Assembly (NCBI GenBank): GCA_965197925.1
Contig: CBDAOC010000014.1
Span: forward strand, 10,697 to 74,696
Reading direction: 5' to 3'
Length of the DNA stretch: 64,000 nt
Source of the DNA: Nitrososphaerales archaeon
GTDB lineage: Archaea; Thermoproteota; Nitrososphaeria; Nitrososphaerales; UBA213
Each line of letters begins with the position of its first letter. Within the stretch, counting starts at the first letter, position 1. A model generated the notes under the pieces. The model made no database searches. It was given only the letters and a program-made list of their open reading frames with translations, and was not told where the DNA came from. This document shows, piece by piece, positions 1 through 11,042 of this stretch. A program made the translations under genes and the position numbers.

Positions 1-534
1 GTGTTGCTTGACCGATAGATCCGCTCCACCTAAAGCACGCAGTGAAGTATACAGATTAACAGCTTCTAATTGTTCTCTTGCCCATCTTATCAATTCATGC
101 CAACGCATCATAGACTTTGAAGGTTTCATAACTCCTGCTACAGTTCCGCCTATTATACCAGCGTGAGACTGTAAATAGATGAGATTGTTATCCCACAACT
201 TGCCCTTGAAAAAAGGCGTTATTTCAGGAGTCCAACCTAAGTCACTACCTGTAGTATTTATAGCGTAGTAGCAGCTACTCATATCTGTTCCCTCCCAATC
301 TATCACAGATATTCTATCGTGAAATACAGAAGGGTAGATATTAACATGTCTGCGTATCAGGTCTTTATGAGCATCATCTATATCATCAACTTTTGACGCA
401 GATAACTGCATTAATAACCAGTCATGCGTTATATTTCCACGAGGCGTAGTATGCTCTGCCAACATAGTTGCCATGAATGGACTACGCATTTCATCTCTAA
501 CTCTACCATGTATCTCTGCCTGAAAAGCGTTCAT
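1..534 (-). CDS. hypothetical protein, runs off the window edge (partial)
   Basis: ATG at 534 with GGAG RBS just after the stop of 544..2475; my translation MNAFQAEIHGRVRDEMRSPF... stays open to position 1. Confidence 0.75.
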   Translation of the reverse strand, partial: MNAFQAEIHGRVRDEMRSPFMATMLAEHTTPRGNITHDWLLMQLSASKVDDIDDAHKDLIRRHVNIYPSVFHDRISVIDWEGTDMSSCYYAINTTGSDLGWTPEITPFFKGKLWDNNLIYLQSHAGIIGGTVAGVMKPSKSMMRWHELIRWAREQLEAVNLYTSLRALGGADLSVKQH

Positions 535-543
535 AATAGTCTC

Positions 544-2475
544 CTATGAGGCAGTTCTTAAAATCAGCAAATTAGGATTCATCTCTATCTCCATGCGAGT
601 TTCTATGATCTGGATAAACGAATCTGGAGACCCTGAATATCTGTGCGTAGCGAATATGAAATCATCTACTCTTGCATCCCATAATGCAGAAAGAGTGTAT
701 GATCTTTCTTCCGCAGGTCCGATGCCTGGCAAAGAGTTTCCTCCGACTACCAGAGGATTTAATGTTCCTCTCTTACACCATATTCTTATACCATTCCATG
801 CTCCTATAGCACCATCAGTGGCTTGATTTCTTAAATCTACACCAGCAAGTATGCGAGCGCTACCATTTTGCTTCATAGTAATACCTTCCTTGAAGTCAAA
901 ATTGGCATACGTGTCTATATCTGCACCTTGCGGGTTTCTTGTAGTTGTTGTATTGCTGAAAGTGTCTAAACTATGATGTTGTGGAGTATCATTCGTCTGA
1001 TATAAAGTATAGTTTCTCGTTCCCTGAGAAAAATATGGTCTGTTTCCAAATCCTACATTGCTATCTGAGTGATGATTAACATATCTTCTTGTAGGTATAC
1101 TTTGGACAACAAACTCTCCATTACCGCTCCTATGCAGAGTTATCCTTACTGTAGCGACTTCGCTTGGGTATAACACTGCAAGCAGATCGCCTACAACATA
1201 AATATCTAAATGATGAGATGCAGATCTATTGTGTATAGTCCATAGCGTATCAGTTTCTGGAGATCTGACATGAAACTCTGCTTCTCTAAACTTCAAAGCA
1301 CCGAAAGTGGTCTCAGTCGTGCCGAAATGCAGAGTATCATAAGGAGATGTGAAATCTGGAACATACTTACTATTTCCAGGCGCACTTACTAAATTGAAAA
1401 AATGGATAGTTTCGCCTGCACCTTGTTGAATAGGAACGTAAACTATAGTCCCATCTGGATTTACGACTTTTTTCCAAAACTTTCCGCTCTCATAAGTTAT
1501 TCCAGCTCCGTCAGGAAATACGATACCCTTTGTTAGCGTTCTAACATCAAGCGCACCAAAAGTAGGCTCTTGGGTTACTTCTTCTCCTGTTTCTATGTCT
1601 ATTCTAATATCTTCAAAGTATCCAGAAAGAGCGTCAGGGTCAATCTCTGCTCCAGACGACCTTGTGAAAAATACACGCCAAAGATAGACATAATGTGTTC
1701 CGCCTATAGGGGAAGCTACAGTGCTTAAATCATCAAAACTTAAGACTACATCAGAAGTGCTATCTCCATCAACTTGGCGAACAGTGATTGTTCTGTTATC
1801 AAAAGATGCGTCTGCTGAAGCATCTGTTCCAAAATCTGTTTGGACAAGCGGTTGCTTTGTTCGTAGCCATGCAAGGAATGCTTTTACCTCTGCGTATTCG
1901 TCTAAATCGTCTGGTTCAACTTGTTCTTCTAAAGGTATTGTTAGAGAAAATACTATCTTAGATCCAGACTGGAACGACTCAAAACGCTCAAGACTTACTC
2001 CTGTGTTAGCTTCGTTTGACATACGCCTCATCGGCTCTATGCCTTGCACTTGTGTTTTGAGAAGTCCGCTACTGGATACTACACGGGTTTTTTCTCCTCT
2101 GGAGAAGTCCCCATCATCTTCTAAAGATTGTATGTAGTTTTCCCAGCCATTAGCATCTAACGGATTCCAGAAACCAAACTTTGCGAGAGATTCTGGAGTG
2201 TCTCCATGAATCCAATCTCTTATTCTTACAGGGGCAGCATTTCCGTCATCGTCAATAAATCCGCCATGTTCTGCGTAATGCTCTCTCAAAACAGTCAAAA
2301 CAGCAAGTTGTGCAGAATCGTCAACGTCCCCAGTTCTTGGAAAATAGACTTGCACATTATCATCTGTATTATCTACATATGCAGTAACACTTGAAATACT
2401 CGGATCGTTATGATTGTAATTGATAGACACATTACTATAACGAGTTGTTGAGTCTATAGTTGTTAATCTTGCCAT
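544..2475 (-). CDS. putative virion/tail-associated protein
   Basis: 643 aa, beta-rich composition, coupled to the upstream fibre-like gene. Confidence 0.55.
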   Translation of the reverse strand: MARLTTIDSTTRYSNVSINYNHNDPSISSVTAYVDNTDDNVQVYFPRTGDVDDSAQLAVLTVLREHYAEHGGFIDDDGNAAPVRIRDWIHGDTPESLAKFGFWNPLDANGWENYIQSLEDDGDFSRGEKTRVVSSSGLLKTQVQGIEPMRRMSNEANTGVSLERFESFQSGSKIVFSLTIPLEEQVEPDDLDEYAEVKAFLAWLRTKQPLVQTDFGTDASADASFDNRTITVRQVDGDSTSDVVLSFDDLSTVASPIGGTHYVYLWRVFFTRSSGAEIDPDALSGYFEDIRIDIETGEEVTQEPTFGALDVRTLTKGIVFPDGAGITYESGKFWKKVVNPDGTIVYVPIQQGAGETIHFFNLVSAPGNSKYVPDFTSPYDTLHFGTTETTFGALKFREAEFHVRSPETDTLWTIHNRSASHHLDIYVVGDLLAVLYPSEVATVRITLHRSGNGEFVVQSIPTRRYVNHHSDSNVGFGNRPYFSQGTRNYTLYQTNDTPQHHSLDTFSNTTTTRNPQGADIDTYANFDFKEGITMKQNGSARILAGVDLRNQATDGAIGAWNGIRIWCKRGTLNPLVVGGNSLPGIGPAEERSYTLSALWDARVDDFIFATHRYSGSPDSFIQIIETRMEIEMNPNLLILRTAS

Positions 2476-2477
2476 TT

Positions 2478-5400
2478 TTACTCCTCAACCATCATAAATC
2501 CTTGAATTCCTGATTCTTCGGTGCCATCAAATCGCAATAATTGTATAGAAAACTGCTGCGTTCCATCTGAAGTCAAAGATTTATACTCCAGATGCACAGT
2601 ATTCCCTATTGCTGACGCTGCTGGTTCGTCTTCATCTGTAACTATCTCGTCTTCCGCTGTTGAGCTTGATGTGGATTCTTGAAGTAAAATATCATCTGTT
2701 CCAGATTGAACTCTCACAAGCCTTGCTATAAAATCTTCATCGTCATCAGCTCTTGTATGTGCTTGGAATTGTATATCTACTGTTCCGTTTACAGTGAAAA
2801 ATTGATTATCTTCAAACGTTTCTCCTGTTCTAACAATATCTGCGTTTGCGTTTACATCGCCAGATGCTACCATAGAAACTATATTACCTATTCCGCCATG
2901 CTTTTCTTCTCTTTGTGTCGGATCAAACCTGAATCTTCTATTTCCTGCTCCAAGTTCAAAAGCCGCTGCGATTTGCCCGATTCTCTCTGTTTGATTATGT
3001 CCCCAGTAGAAAGTCCGTCCAGGCTTGTCTTTGATATAGGCAGGCCTATTCTCGTCTTGTTCGCTCCAGCTACTCTGTGGATCGTGTTCCTGATCAAAAG
3101 TTACCACTACTGTTTCGTTATTCGTGAAAATGCCACTATGCGTATCACGTGTAACTGTCAATGTAGCATCATCTCCAGACTCTGTCACAGAATCCAGAGT
3201 ATACCTACTTCTCGCACCAGAAGTTAGGCCGTGCATATTTATTTCTGCACCGACTGGGAGATCTCCAAGCCATTCATCATCTATGTCATTATGAATGTTT
3301 AGATTTATAGTTGTAGCGTCAAACCTAATATCTCCACGTTGCAGAGTTCCTGCACCAACTATGTTTCGTCTACGGATAGTGTGTCGGATACGCTCCGTTA
3401 CGAAGTCTAATACTTGTTCTTCTGTCATTCCGCCTGCAGCACCACGTGAGAAGAAAAGCTTACTTCCTGCAACGATTGTGAAAATAGGTGTGCTACTACC
3501 TGTTAGACTTGGAATCCTTTCAACTGCCAGCTTGATAGTCGTGTTATCTTCTGGGATAATAAGATGCCCTGATGCAGTAAAATGTTCACCTGTGCCTGTA
3601 GCTCTAAAATATGTTGCATCTATTCTTACTATAGGTTCATCTGTTCCTATTGTGTCTCCGCTACGATAAACCGCTAATCTTGGAATAGCTCGTGCAACAG
3701 AAACATCCATTGTGCCTATCCAGTCTATATCATATACGTCTGCTCTAAGGACATTGATTACACTTTGTCCACCTGTTACTGATAAGATATTTGCTACGCC
3801 TTCTCCAAACTCAACAGCAATTGGGCTTGTTGCCGCCGAAAAAAGCTCTGCATCATTTACTGTAGAAGAAATTGCACCTGAACTTTGCAAAGTAACGCTT
3901 TCTGATCTTGCTCTCGGTAGAACTTGTAAATCAGTTCCAATACCAAATGCAAGTTTTGCTGCTGTGACAGATCCATCACGATACTTTGCAGTTGTTAGAG
4001 AGTCATCAGGAACTCCTCCAATAACTTCTAATACCCATCTGTCATTTGATCCAACTGTAGTAAACTTAAAAACATCGCCTATGTTAGCAGAAGTAACAAA
4101 CTGTGATGCTGTATTATTTACAGTATTAGTAAGACCAGTTGCAGCTGCATCAAAAATATGTATATCGCCTAATGAAGGAGATGCTGGGAAAGCCGCACCT
4201 GTCGTAAGGGTTGTTCCTCCAAGATTAACGCTACTTGCGAACTTTTCTTGAGTAATAGACCCATCGGAATAATGGCGATTTTCTATCGCATTCGTTTCAA
4301 TCTTACTTGGAGTAACAGCATCTGGAGCAAGATGTGCAGGGATAATAACACCAGCGTCAATCTTATCTCCGTTAATTGCACTATTTGCTACTTTAGCTCT
4401 CGTTATAGACCCATCAGGTATTTCAAATGGAGGTCTAACATTCGTTCTCCATCTATCAACAGTATCATCATAGAATGCTATAACCAGTTTGCCTACAGTT
4501 ATCTCTCCTCCAGTGAATGCAGTATCATCGTTTCTTCGTGCAACTGTCGTTGAAAGTGTATTAACACCTATAGCCACAGCTCCAGTGTTAGCGTTCTCTG
4601 CTATAAATGCTACTTCTAAACCATCTTCGTAAGTTTGAACTCCAGGTATAGTAAGAGTTACAGAGTTTGTCCCTGCTATAAGTGCTGGATCGCTGATGAA
4701 GTGTATCTGCTCTCCGATACGCTCATCTTGCAGTGATGATAAATCTTCTGTTAACGGATCAAGTCCGCCTGATCTCATGAGCGTTAAAACTCTTGTAGTA
4801 GTATTAAATGCTACTCCAGTAACAACTCCGTCAGTCGTGCCTGGAGTTGACGGTAATGTTAGCTGTGTTGTGCCTCCATCTTCATGAGTAAAGGTCAAAA
4901 CAGTCCCAGATAAAGATGCAGCTATAATAGTTTCCTGTTGTTCAGCTGCAGTAAATCCAAGCAATGTTCTTATTTCTGATGCAGTTTGATCTGCAGTTGC
5001 TCCAGTTTCTATACCTGCTAATTTATTATAGAGATTAGAAGGCATTAAACCTGCATTAGAAGGCCCAGCAAACTGTGTATTAGGCACATCCAGTTTTTGC
5101 TGTATAGCAGCTTGTTCATTAACAGATAGAGCTTGATCCAAATTACCGAGATCGTCATCTGCCTTACCAGATATATCCTGCCGAACATAGATATTACTAC
5201 GCCACGTATTACTGCTTGCTTGGTAAAATGCTATGACTAATCTTCCTATTGCTATTGCGTTCTGAGTCAATATATTCCCGTTTATATCTCTTATACTTCT
5301 AAAAGGCAAGGTATTAACTCGTAGAGTCATAGCACCTGAGTTTGATGTTTCTGCTACAAACGACACACCCATTCCGTCTCCATAAGCAGTAACTCCATCT

Positions 5401-8400
5401 ATTACCCCTGTTAACGCATTAACACCTGAAAGACTGCCAGGCGGAATATACTCTATAGATCGCTCATCTGCAAACTCATCTACTAAATCAGATAAATCAA
5501 CAGTTAGTGGAGTCAGAGTTCCAGATCGTGTAAGTGTGAGAACATTAGTAGCTGCATCATAAGTCGCATCAGTTACAAGTCCGTCTGCTCCACTCGGCAA
5601 GGTTATCGGTATAGTTGATCCGTCTTCCTGTGTGAACGTCAATATACCTGCAGCTAATACTGCATTTATGAGAGTGTCGCTTTGTTCTGCAACTGTGAAA
5701 CTTAATAGAGTTCTTATCTCTGCTTCAGTGCTAACACCTGTTGATCCTGCTTCAAGCACTTCTGACCAAGTCGGTCTTTCATAAGCAGGGACTTCGGCAA
5801 CAGACCGAGTAAATGCAGTTACTTCGTCTATTGTGCCGTAGTTAGGAGCAGTATAACTACTAACATATCTTAGTTGATTGTTATTAGTATCAAAATATAC
5901 AAGTGGAGATCCAGAATTGTATGAAATACTCCCGTCTGCTATCGCTTGATAAATCTCTGCTATGGTATATTCGTAGTCTTGTTCATAAGGTCCGTCACCT
6001 GTTCTACCTGCCCAAGTATATCCTACAGAAGGAAAGAATATGTCTAAAATGACATTACTTGCAGCGATAAGCCAGATTTTATTTCCACCAGATGTTGCAA
6101 CATACTGTAGTTGACGTGTAGTAGTATTATACCACCAATCGTGGACATCTAAGCCATCAGCATTTGGTCTTTCAGCAGATGTTCCTTCTCCTTGAAAACT
6201 TGATGATTGTGAACTTGTAAATCTTGGAGAAGTCCCAGTAGGAATTGTAGCGTTTATCTGGTTATGGAAAAAATAAGTATTAGCAGCATTGTAGTTGCCT
6301 GCCATGTCCAGATAGGATTCAACGTCATCAGGTTCGTCAAGATTTTCTGTTCCTGCTAATCCGTTGTCTCCTAAAAACAAAACACTATCACTATTCAATA
6401 CCCAGTCTATATCTACATCTTCCCAGTTGTTTGCTAACTGATAATCGCCTCTATAGAGTGTTCCATTTGAATTATAGTAGTAATACTCTAAAGACGCATC
6501 TGGAGGGTTAGCCACAAAATAATCTCCAAGAGTAGACAGAGTCATTACATTTTCAGAACCAGTCTCACCATGAGTTGGTCCTAACCATCTCCTGTTAGTC
6601 CCAAAGAACTCTTGGAAAGTCAACGCATTTGTTCCGCCCAACTGTCTAAATACAGAATCAGGATCGTCCCAATACTTAATACTATCAGAATCTGTCTCAT
6701 AATAAAAAGCATCTACAACATCTGCGTTTCCAGTTATAGCAGCAAAAGTGCCAGCAAAAACTCCGAAGTATGTCTTACCATTTATTGTTGTTCCTACTCC
6801 GATAGTATCATTTACAGCTCTATCTATTGGTATGACTCCGCCAGCATCTAATTTCCTAAATCTGTTAGTCATAGTATTGTAATATACTATAGCAACAGAA
6901 GAAGATGTAGTCGCAGGGTCTCTACCACTTGGATTCTGATAAGAATATCCCGTGCGTATAGAGCTAAGAATCTCATGCGTCAAAGACGCAGGAACTGCAG
7001 GGACAGCAGCCACTGTTTGAGACAAGATTTTCCAAGCAGTATTGTCTGATGCTCTGAAATGGACTTTATCTTGTATATCAAAACTGGCATCGGGTAGTGC
7101 TAATCTATGATAATCAAAATCTCCGCCTTCTAATGCCTCTTCCCAAATAGGCATTTCATATGACGGAACTTCAGGAACTGTCGGAGTAAACGAGTCTACT
7201 TCGTGTATTCTACCATACGCAGGATATGTGTAATCTGTGATATATCTCAACTGATTGTGAGTTGTATCAAAGTATACAATAGGGGAGTTTGGGTCATATT
7301 CTATATTCCCATCTGCTATAGCTTGGAATAACTCTGCAGACGTATATTCATTTAATTCAACTATGCTTATATCACTTTCGCCTACCCATGTATAACCTAC
7401 AGATGGGAAGAACAGATCAAGTTGAGTAGAAGTAAGAGGTATATTCCATGCACCTGATATAACTACCTCAAGTTCATGGGAAGTCGTATTATATCCCCAA
7501 TCGTGTTCACTTAGAGCAGAAGCATCTGGTCTTGTAGTGCTTGTATGCTCACCTTGATAGCTTGATGACTGCGTGCTTGTAAATCTCGCAACAGTTCCAC
7601 TTTGGTCAGATCTATTCGTGTCATTATGAAAAATATAAGTCTTGGTAGGATCGTAATTATCTTCTGTGTCTAAATATGTTTCAACTTCATCAGGTAAGTC
7701 TATGTCTCCTGTTCCTTCAAGTCCATTTATACCTAAGAACACAGCGTTTGGATCATTCAATATCCAGTCTATATCTACATCTTCCCAAAAGTTTGCAGGA
7801 AGCCATGTTGATACATTGAATTCTGAAGTAACTGTATTATACCAGTAATATCTTCTTGCCGTATTTCCATTATTATTATCAAAATAGTCATCAAGGTCTG
7901 ATGGCGAATGAACTGACTGTAGCCAGATAAAGTTAGATCCGAAATAGCTGGGGAAGTTAAGAGCTCCTACTCCTCCAACTTGTCTGAACGTGTTATCAAC
8001 ATCATCCCAGTAATGTAGTTGATTAAGGCTTATATGATAAAACCATTGATCTGCTGCATTAGCACCAGCGTTTAGTGCGGCTTGTTGATTCTGGAAACTA
8101 CCTGCAAAGGTTCTTCCATTAACAACAGTATTAGTAGTGAGTTCATTGGTATCAGTGCCTTGAAAAGCACTAAATGCTCCAGCATCTAACTTCCTAAATC
8201 TATTTCTCGTAGTATTGAAAAAGATATATCCTGTAGTAGCAACAGTCGGGATAGGATCTCTGTTAGATGGATTGAGAAAGTTATACCCTGTTCTTATCCC
8301 AGAGTTAAGCTGAGAGTGCGTGAATACAGCAGGGACTTCAGGAACAGCAGGAACAGTCTGTGATCCTATTTTCCACGCAGTATCATCAGACGATCTATAG

Positions 8401-8507
8401 TGAACTTTGTCTTGAAGTGAAAAAGCAGCATCAGGCAAATCATCGCGATAGTCAAAATCGCCTGCTCCGCTTCCTCCTCTTGGTAAAAATGCTTGTCTAT
8501 ATGTCAT
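2478..8507 (-). CDS. giant tail fibre/adhesin-like protein with internal duplications
   Basis: 2009 aa; two copies of a ~450 aa block starting DFDY..LPDA.F..QDKVH, two EIRTLL.FT.AEQ blocks, DGS(I/V)T.AK fibre-type repeats. Confidence 0.7.
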   Translation of the reverse strand: MTYRQAFLPRGGSGAGDFDYRDDLPDAAFSLQDKVHYRSSDDTAWKIGSQTVPAVPEVPAVFTHSQLNSGIRTGYNFLNPSNRDPIPTVATTGYIFFNTTRNRFRKLDAGAFSAFQGTDTNELTTNTVVNGRTFAGSFQNQQAALNAGANAADQWFYHISLNQLHYWDDVDNTFRQVGGVGALNFPSYFGSNFIWLQSVHSPSDLDDYFDNNNGNTARRYYWYNTVTSEFNVSTWLPANFWEDVDIDWILNDPNAVFLGINGLEGTGDIDLPDEVETYLDTEDNYDPTKTYIFHNDTNRSDQSGTVARFTSTQSSSYQGEHTSTTRPDASALSEHDWGYNTTSHELEVVISGAWNIPLTSTQLDLFFPSVGYTWVGESDISIVELNEYTSAELFQAIADGNIEYDPNSPIVYFDTTHNQLRYITDYTYPAYGRIHEVDSFTPTVPEVPSYEMPIWEEALEGGDFDYHRLALPDASFDIQDKVHFRASDNTAWKILSQTVAAVPAVPASLTHEILSSIRTGYSYQNPSGRDPATTSSSVAIVYYNTMTNRFRKLDAGGVIPIDRAVNDTIGVGTTINGKTYFGVFAGTFAAITGNADVVDAFYYETDSDSIKYWDDPDSVFRQLGGTNALTFQEFFGTNRRWLGPTHGETGSENVMTLSTLGDYFVANPPDASLEYYYYNSNGTLYRGDYQLANNWEDVDIDWVLNSDSVLFLGDNGLAGTENLDEPDDVESYLDMAGNYNAANTYFFHNQINATIPTGTSPRFTSSQSSSFQGEGTSAERPNADGLDVHDWWYNTTTRQLQYVATSGGNKIWLIAASNVILDIFFPSVGYTWAGRTGDGPYEQDYEYTIAEIYQAIADGSISYNSGSPLVYFDTNNNQLRYVSSYTAPNYGTIDEVTAFTRSVAEVPAYERPTWSEVLEAGSTGVSTEAEIRTLLSFTVAEQSDTLINAVLAAGILTFTQEDGSTIPITLPSGADGLVTDATYDAATNVLTLTRSGTLTPLTVDLSDLVDEFADERSIEYIPPGSLSGVNALTGVIDGVTAYGDGMGVSFVAETSNSGAMTLRVNTLPFRSIRDINGNILTQNAIAIGRLVIAFYQASSNTWRSNIYVRQDISGKADDDLGNLDQALSVNEQAAIQQKLDVPNTQFAGPSNAGLMPSNLYNKLAGIETGATADQTASEIRTLLGFTAAEQQETIIAASLSGTVLTFTHEDGGTTQLTLPSTPGTTDGVVTGVAFNTTTRVLTLMRSGGLDPLTEDLSSLQDERIGEQIHFISDPALIAGTNSVTLTIPGVQTYEDGLEVAFIAENANTGAVAIGVNTLSTTVARRNDDTAFTGGEITVGKLVIAFYDDTVDRWRTNVRPPFEIPDGSITRAKVANSAINGDKIDAGVIIPAHLAPDAVTPSKIETNAIENRHYSDGSITQEKFASSVNLGGTTLTTGAAFPASPSLGDIHIFDAAATGLTNTVNNTASQFVTSANIGDVFKFTTVGSNDRWVLEVIGGVPDDSLTTAKYRDGSVTAAKLAFGIGTDLQVLPRARSESVTLQSSGAISSTVNDAELFSAATSPIAVEFGEGVANILSVTGGQSVINVLRADVYDIDWIGTMDVSVARAIPRLAVYRSGDTIGTDEPIVRIDATYFRATGTGEHFTASGHLIIPEDNTTIKLAVERIPSLTGSSTPIFTIVAGSKLFFSRGAAGGMTEEQVLDFVTERIRHTIRRRNIVGAGTLQRGDIRFDATTINLNIHNDIDDEWLGDLPVGAEINMHGLTSGARSRYTLDSVTESGDDATLTVTRDTHSGIFTNNETVVVTFDQEHDPQSSWSEQDENRPAYIKDKPGRTFYWGHNQTERIGQIAAAFELGAGNRRFRFDPTQREEKHGGIGNIVSMVASGDVNANADIVRTGETFEDNQFFTVNGTVDIQFQAHTRADDDEDFIARLVRVQSGTDDILLQESTSSSTAEDEIVTDEDEPAASAIGNTVHLEYKSLTSDGTQQFSIQLLRFDGTEESGIQGFMMVEE

Positions 8508-8816
8508 TTATCTTGCTCTTGGATCAATAGTATTATCAACAAGGTTATTCAACCACATCCATACACCTGAAGTAGAAGCTACAACTCTGTATATCCGACC
8601 TCTAACAAGATACCTTTGCAGTGAGCTTTCTGAAGAAAATGTATGCAAAGTCTTCCAAACAGTCTCTTCACCTGGAATAGGAGATCGGATATCAAGATTC
8701 ACCGTTAATCCAGTTGGCCACGCAGCTCCCATAGGAGCTGCAGTCTCAAATTCATGAAGACCTTCTCCATAAACTTTATCATTTGATTCTTGATCTGATT
8801 TCAATATCTGTGGCAT
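8508..8816 (-). CDS. hypothetical protein, probably virion-associated
   Basis: 102 aa ORF abutting both neighbours. Confidence 0.6.
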   Translation of the reverse strand: MPQILKSDQESNDKVYGEGLHEFETAAPMGAAWPTGLTVNLDIRSPIPGEETVWKTLHTFSSESSLQRYLVRGRIYRVVASTSGVWMWLNNLVDNTIDPRAR

Positions 8817-9461
8817 CTAATGATTCTCCGAACTGTGACCTTCTTCTATCTGGGATTTATATCCATCAACCTCAGCTTGTAATATACGAATATGCTCTTC
8901 TTTGTCTTCAACAATGTTTTCAGCTACGGTAAGCTTATTCTGAAGAATAGTAGCATTACGTTTAGATAAAGCTGTTTCTTTCCTAAGCTTATCAAGTTGA
9001 GCTAAGTCTTGAATATCAACCATTTGCTGGTCATACAAATCTTTCAATTCTGAATATGATTCATCAGATCTTCTTAATTTATCCTCATAAATCCTAATCT
9101 TTACACCAGATTGCCCGTTCAATCTCTTTGTTTCACCTAATTCTTTGTGGAGGCTTTCATTTCGCTCTCTCGCCTGTTCTACATTATCAGCTAAGCCCTG
9201 TTCAATTTTGATTCTCGCTTCATTCGTAGCATCATACTTAGCTGATATTATACCATACCCATTTGAAAACTCTGTGAATAGAAACCTTACACGAGATTCA
9301 GTCTCGCTATATCCAGTGAAAAAAATCTTTATACGCTCAATAATACCTATTTTTCTATTAAAGCTTCCAATATCTTGGTCACCAGAGAAAGGAGGCTTCC
9401 ATTCTCCGTCCATGCTACGACTTTTAACTTCTTTATCTTTCAACAATTTACCTTCACTCAT
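8817..9461 (-). CDS. coiled-coil hypothetical protein
   Basis: AAGGAG RBS, E/K/L-rich heptad pattern, first gene after the 9523-9551 promoter. Confidence 0.65.
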   Translation of the reverse strand: MSEGKLLKDKEVKSRSMDGEWKPPFSGDQDIGSFNRKIGIIERIKIFFTGYSETESRVRFLFTEFSNGYGIISAKYDATNEARIKIEQGLADNVEQARERNESLHKELGETKRLNGQSGVKIRIYEDKLRRSDESYSELKDLYDQQMVDIQDLAQLDKLRKETALSKRNATILQNKLTVAENIVEDKEEHIRILQAEVDGYKSQIEEGHSSENH

Positions 9462-9522
9462 AATAGACTCCTTATTATGAAATCAAATTCATCGGTTGTG
9501 AAAATTGATACGACATAACCAT

Positions 9523-9551
9523 ATTATACAACAAATCAAAAATAATGTCAA
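9523..9551 (-). promoter_or_regulatory. sigma70-type promoter
   Basis: TTGACA-N17-TATAAT perfect consensus on the minus strand. Confidence 0.8.
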
Positions 9552-9557
9552 ATCATG

Positions 9558-11042
9558 TCAAGCGCTTGCGTATCCTGCCGACTGCGCGTTAAATGCAGGC
9601 GTGTGTATAGGGTAATAATCATTCTCATGCTCTGTTCCCATAATGTAATATCTCATACTATCCATTCCATGATCTCCATATTCTATAGGGTATTCATCTT
9701 TCTGTGTAAACGTTCTTTGATCTTCTCTGCGATATGCATACACACCCAGCTCATCTCTCAAGCATTTAGGATGCCCAAAAAGGTTTTGATCTTCACCTTC
9801 TTTTTCAAATCTTGTCAAAGCAAACTTGTTAAACTTTAGAGTCCCAGATTCCAAATGATTCTTTACAGCATCAATACCTGGAAGAACATCTTTTTCAGCA
9901 AGGTTTACTGGAAAGCCTTGGCGCATCATCTCATCATTGTGCTCTGCGTTATGATCACAAAACATATTTTCAACTTCAGGAATATTCCACTGCCCTCTAA
10001 CAGTATGTATTCTTTCAATAAACTCTTGCAATCTTATTTTACTTCTGTATATCTCTTTGAAATGATAGTGAACTCCATTAGGGTCTAATGCCCAGAAGTT
10101 ACATGAATACGGGCGGGAATGCCCATAGTCAACAGATACATTCCACCTTGTATCAGAAGAAAACTGATCTGTATTTGGTATTTCAACATCATGTAACTCT
10201 GAAAGATACATATCATACACGACACCTTCTTGAGCACACCACAAACCAAGATATCCTCTTTTATACCTTGTTCCTTTCATTCGCTGAAGCTTTGATATCT
10301 CCAATTCACCTTTTTCCGTCCAGCATTCATTATCTCTATCCCAGTATTCAGGATTCTCTTTATGAGTCATCTTATATCTGAATATATGCGGGGAGTTATT
10401 AAGGAAGTGCTGCTCAAAACTTGGATTGACATCACCAAACACTTGAGTTCTCTGTCCGCTACGAGTTCTTCTTGATACGAGTTCCCAGTGACTTTCGGTA
10501 AACTCTTCTGCTTGAGGTATGCCCATCGCATGAAACTCTGTAGATAAGAAGTCGTCTGGGTGATTCATTCCCAAAACATCTACACGAGATCCATTACGAT
10601 ATAAAAACCTTTGTGGGTTCTCACCGCCATAACCTATTACATAATTAGTCTTGCTAAGCGTTGGATTGTATCCAAGTATCTTATAGTATGTTGGTATAAT
10701 AGAACCTTTAACAGACTCTTTTGTAAGTCGCAGAAAACCACATCTACTTCCAGGCTCGCTGAGGCATTTCCAATGTATCTTGAAAGCAAGTATCTGTGAT
10801 TTTCCAACAGCAAATGGGCCTTCAACAAAAGACTCATCAGATGCATCACGAATAAAATCCCAGCCTGGAGTCCCTTCTGCAGGAAAGAAGAATCCTCTGA
10901 TGTCTCCAGCATCATTAAAATGACCTTTGAGCCACCTTGCAGGGTATACTCTATCCTCTATAGGATCAGGACTCGTCAATCCCGCTATCTGCTGTTGCAA
11001 TTCGTCTGTTAGTATTGACGATTTCGGCTTCTTGCTCATCAT
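9558..11042 (-). CDS. terL: terminase large subunit
   Basis: Walker A-like GPFAVGKS, DVNP coupling motif, nuclease motifs VDYG and DHGMDSMRY. Confidence 0.9.
   Translation of the reverse strand: MMSKKPKSSILTDELQQQIAGLTSPDPIEDRVYPARWLKGHFNDAGDIRGFFFPAEGTPGWDFIRDASDESFVEGPFAVGKSQILAFKIHWKCLSEPGSRCGFLRLTKESVKGSIIPTYYKILGYNPTLSKTNYVIGYGGENPQRFLYRNGSRVDVLGMNHPDDFLSTEFHAMGIPQAEEFTESHWELVSRRTRSGQRTQVFGDVNPSFEQHFLNNSPHIFRYKMTHKENPEYWDRDNECWTEKGELEISKLQRMKGTRYKRGYLGLWCAQEGVVYDMYLSELHDVEIPNTDQFSSDTRWNVSVDYGHSRPYSCNFWALDPNGVHYHFKEIYRSKIRLQEFIERIHTVRGQWNIPEVENMFCDHNAEHNDEMMRQGFPVNLAEKDVLPGIDAVKNHLESGTLKFNKFALTRFEKEGEDQNLFGHPKCLRDELGVYAYRREDQRTFTQKDEYPIEYGDHGMDSMRYYIMGTEHENDYYPIHTPAFNAQSAGYASA

Noticed and set aside
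593..7848. Numerous plus-strand ORFs opposite the structural genes
   Set aside because: Antisense shadows of long minus-strand genes, without RBS or motifs.
2478..8507. Diversity-generating retroelement template/variable repeats
   Set aside because: No reverse transcriptase in the window; duplications are in-frame and diverged at all bases.
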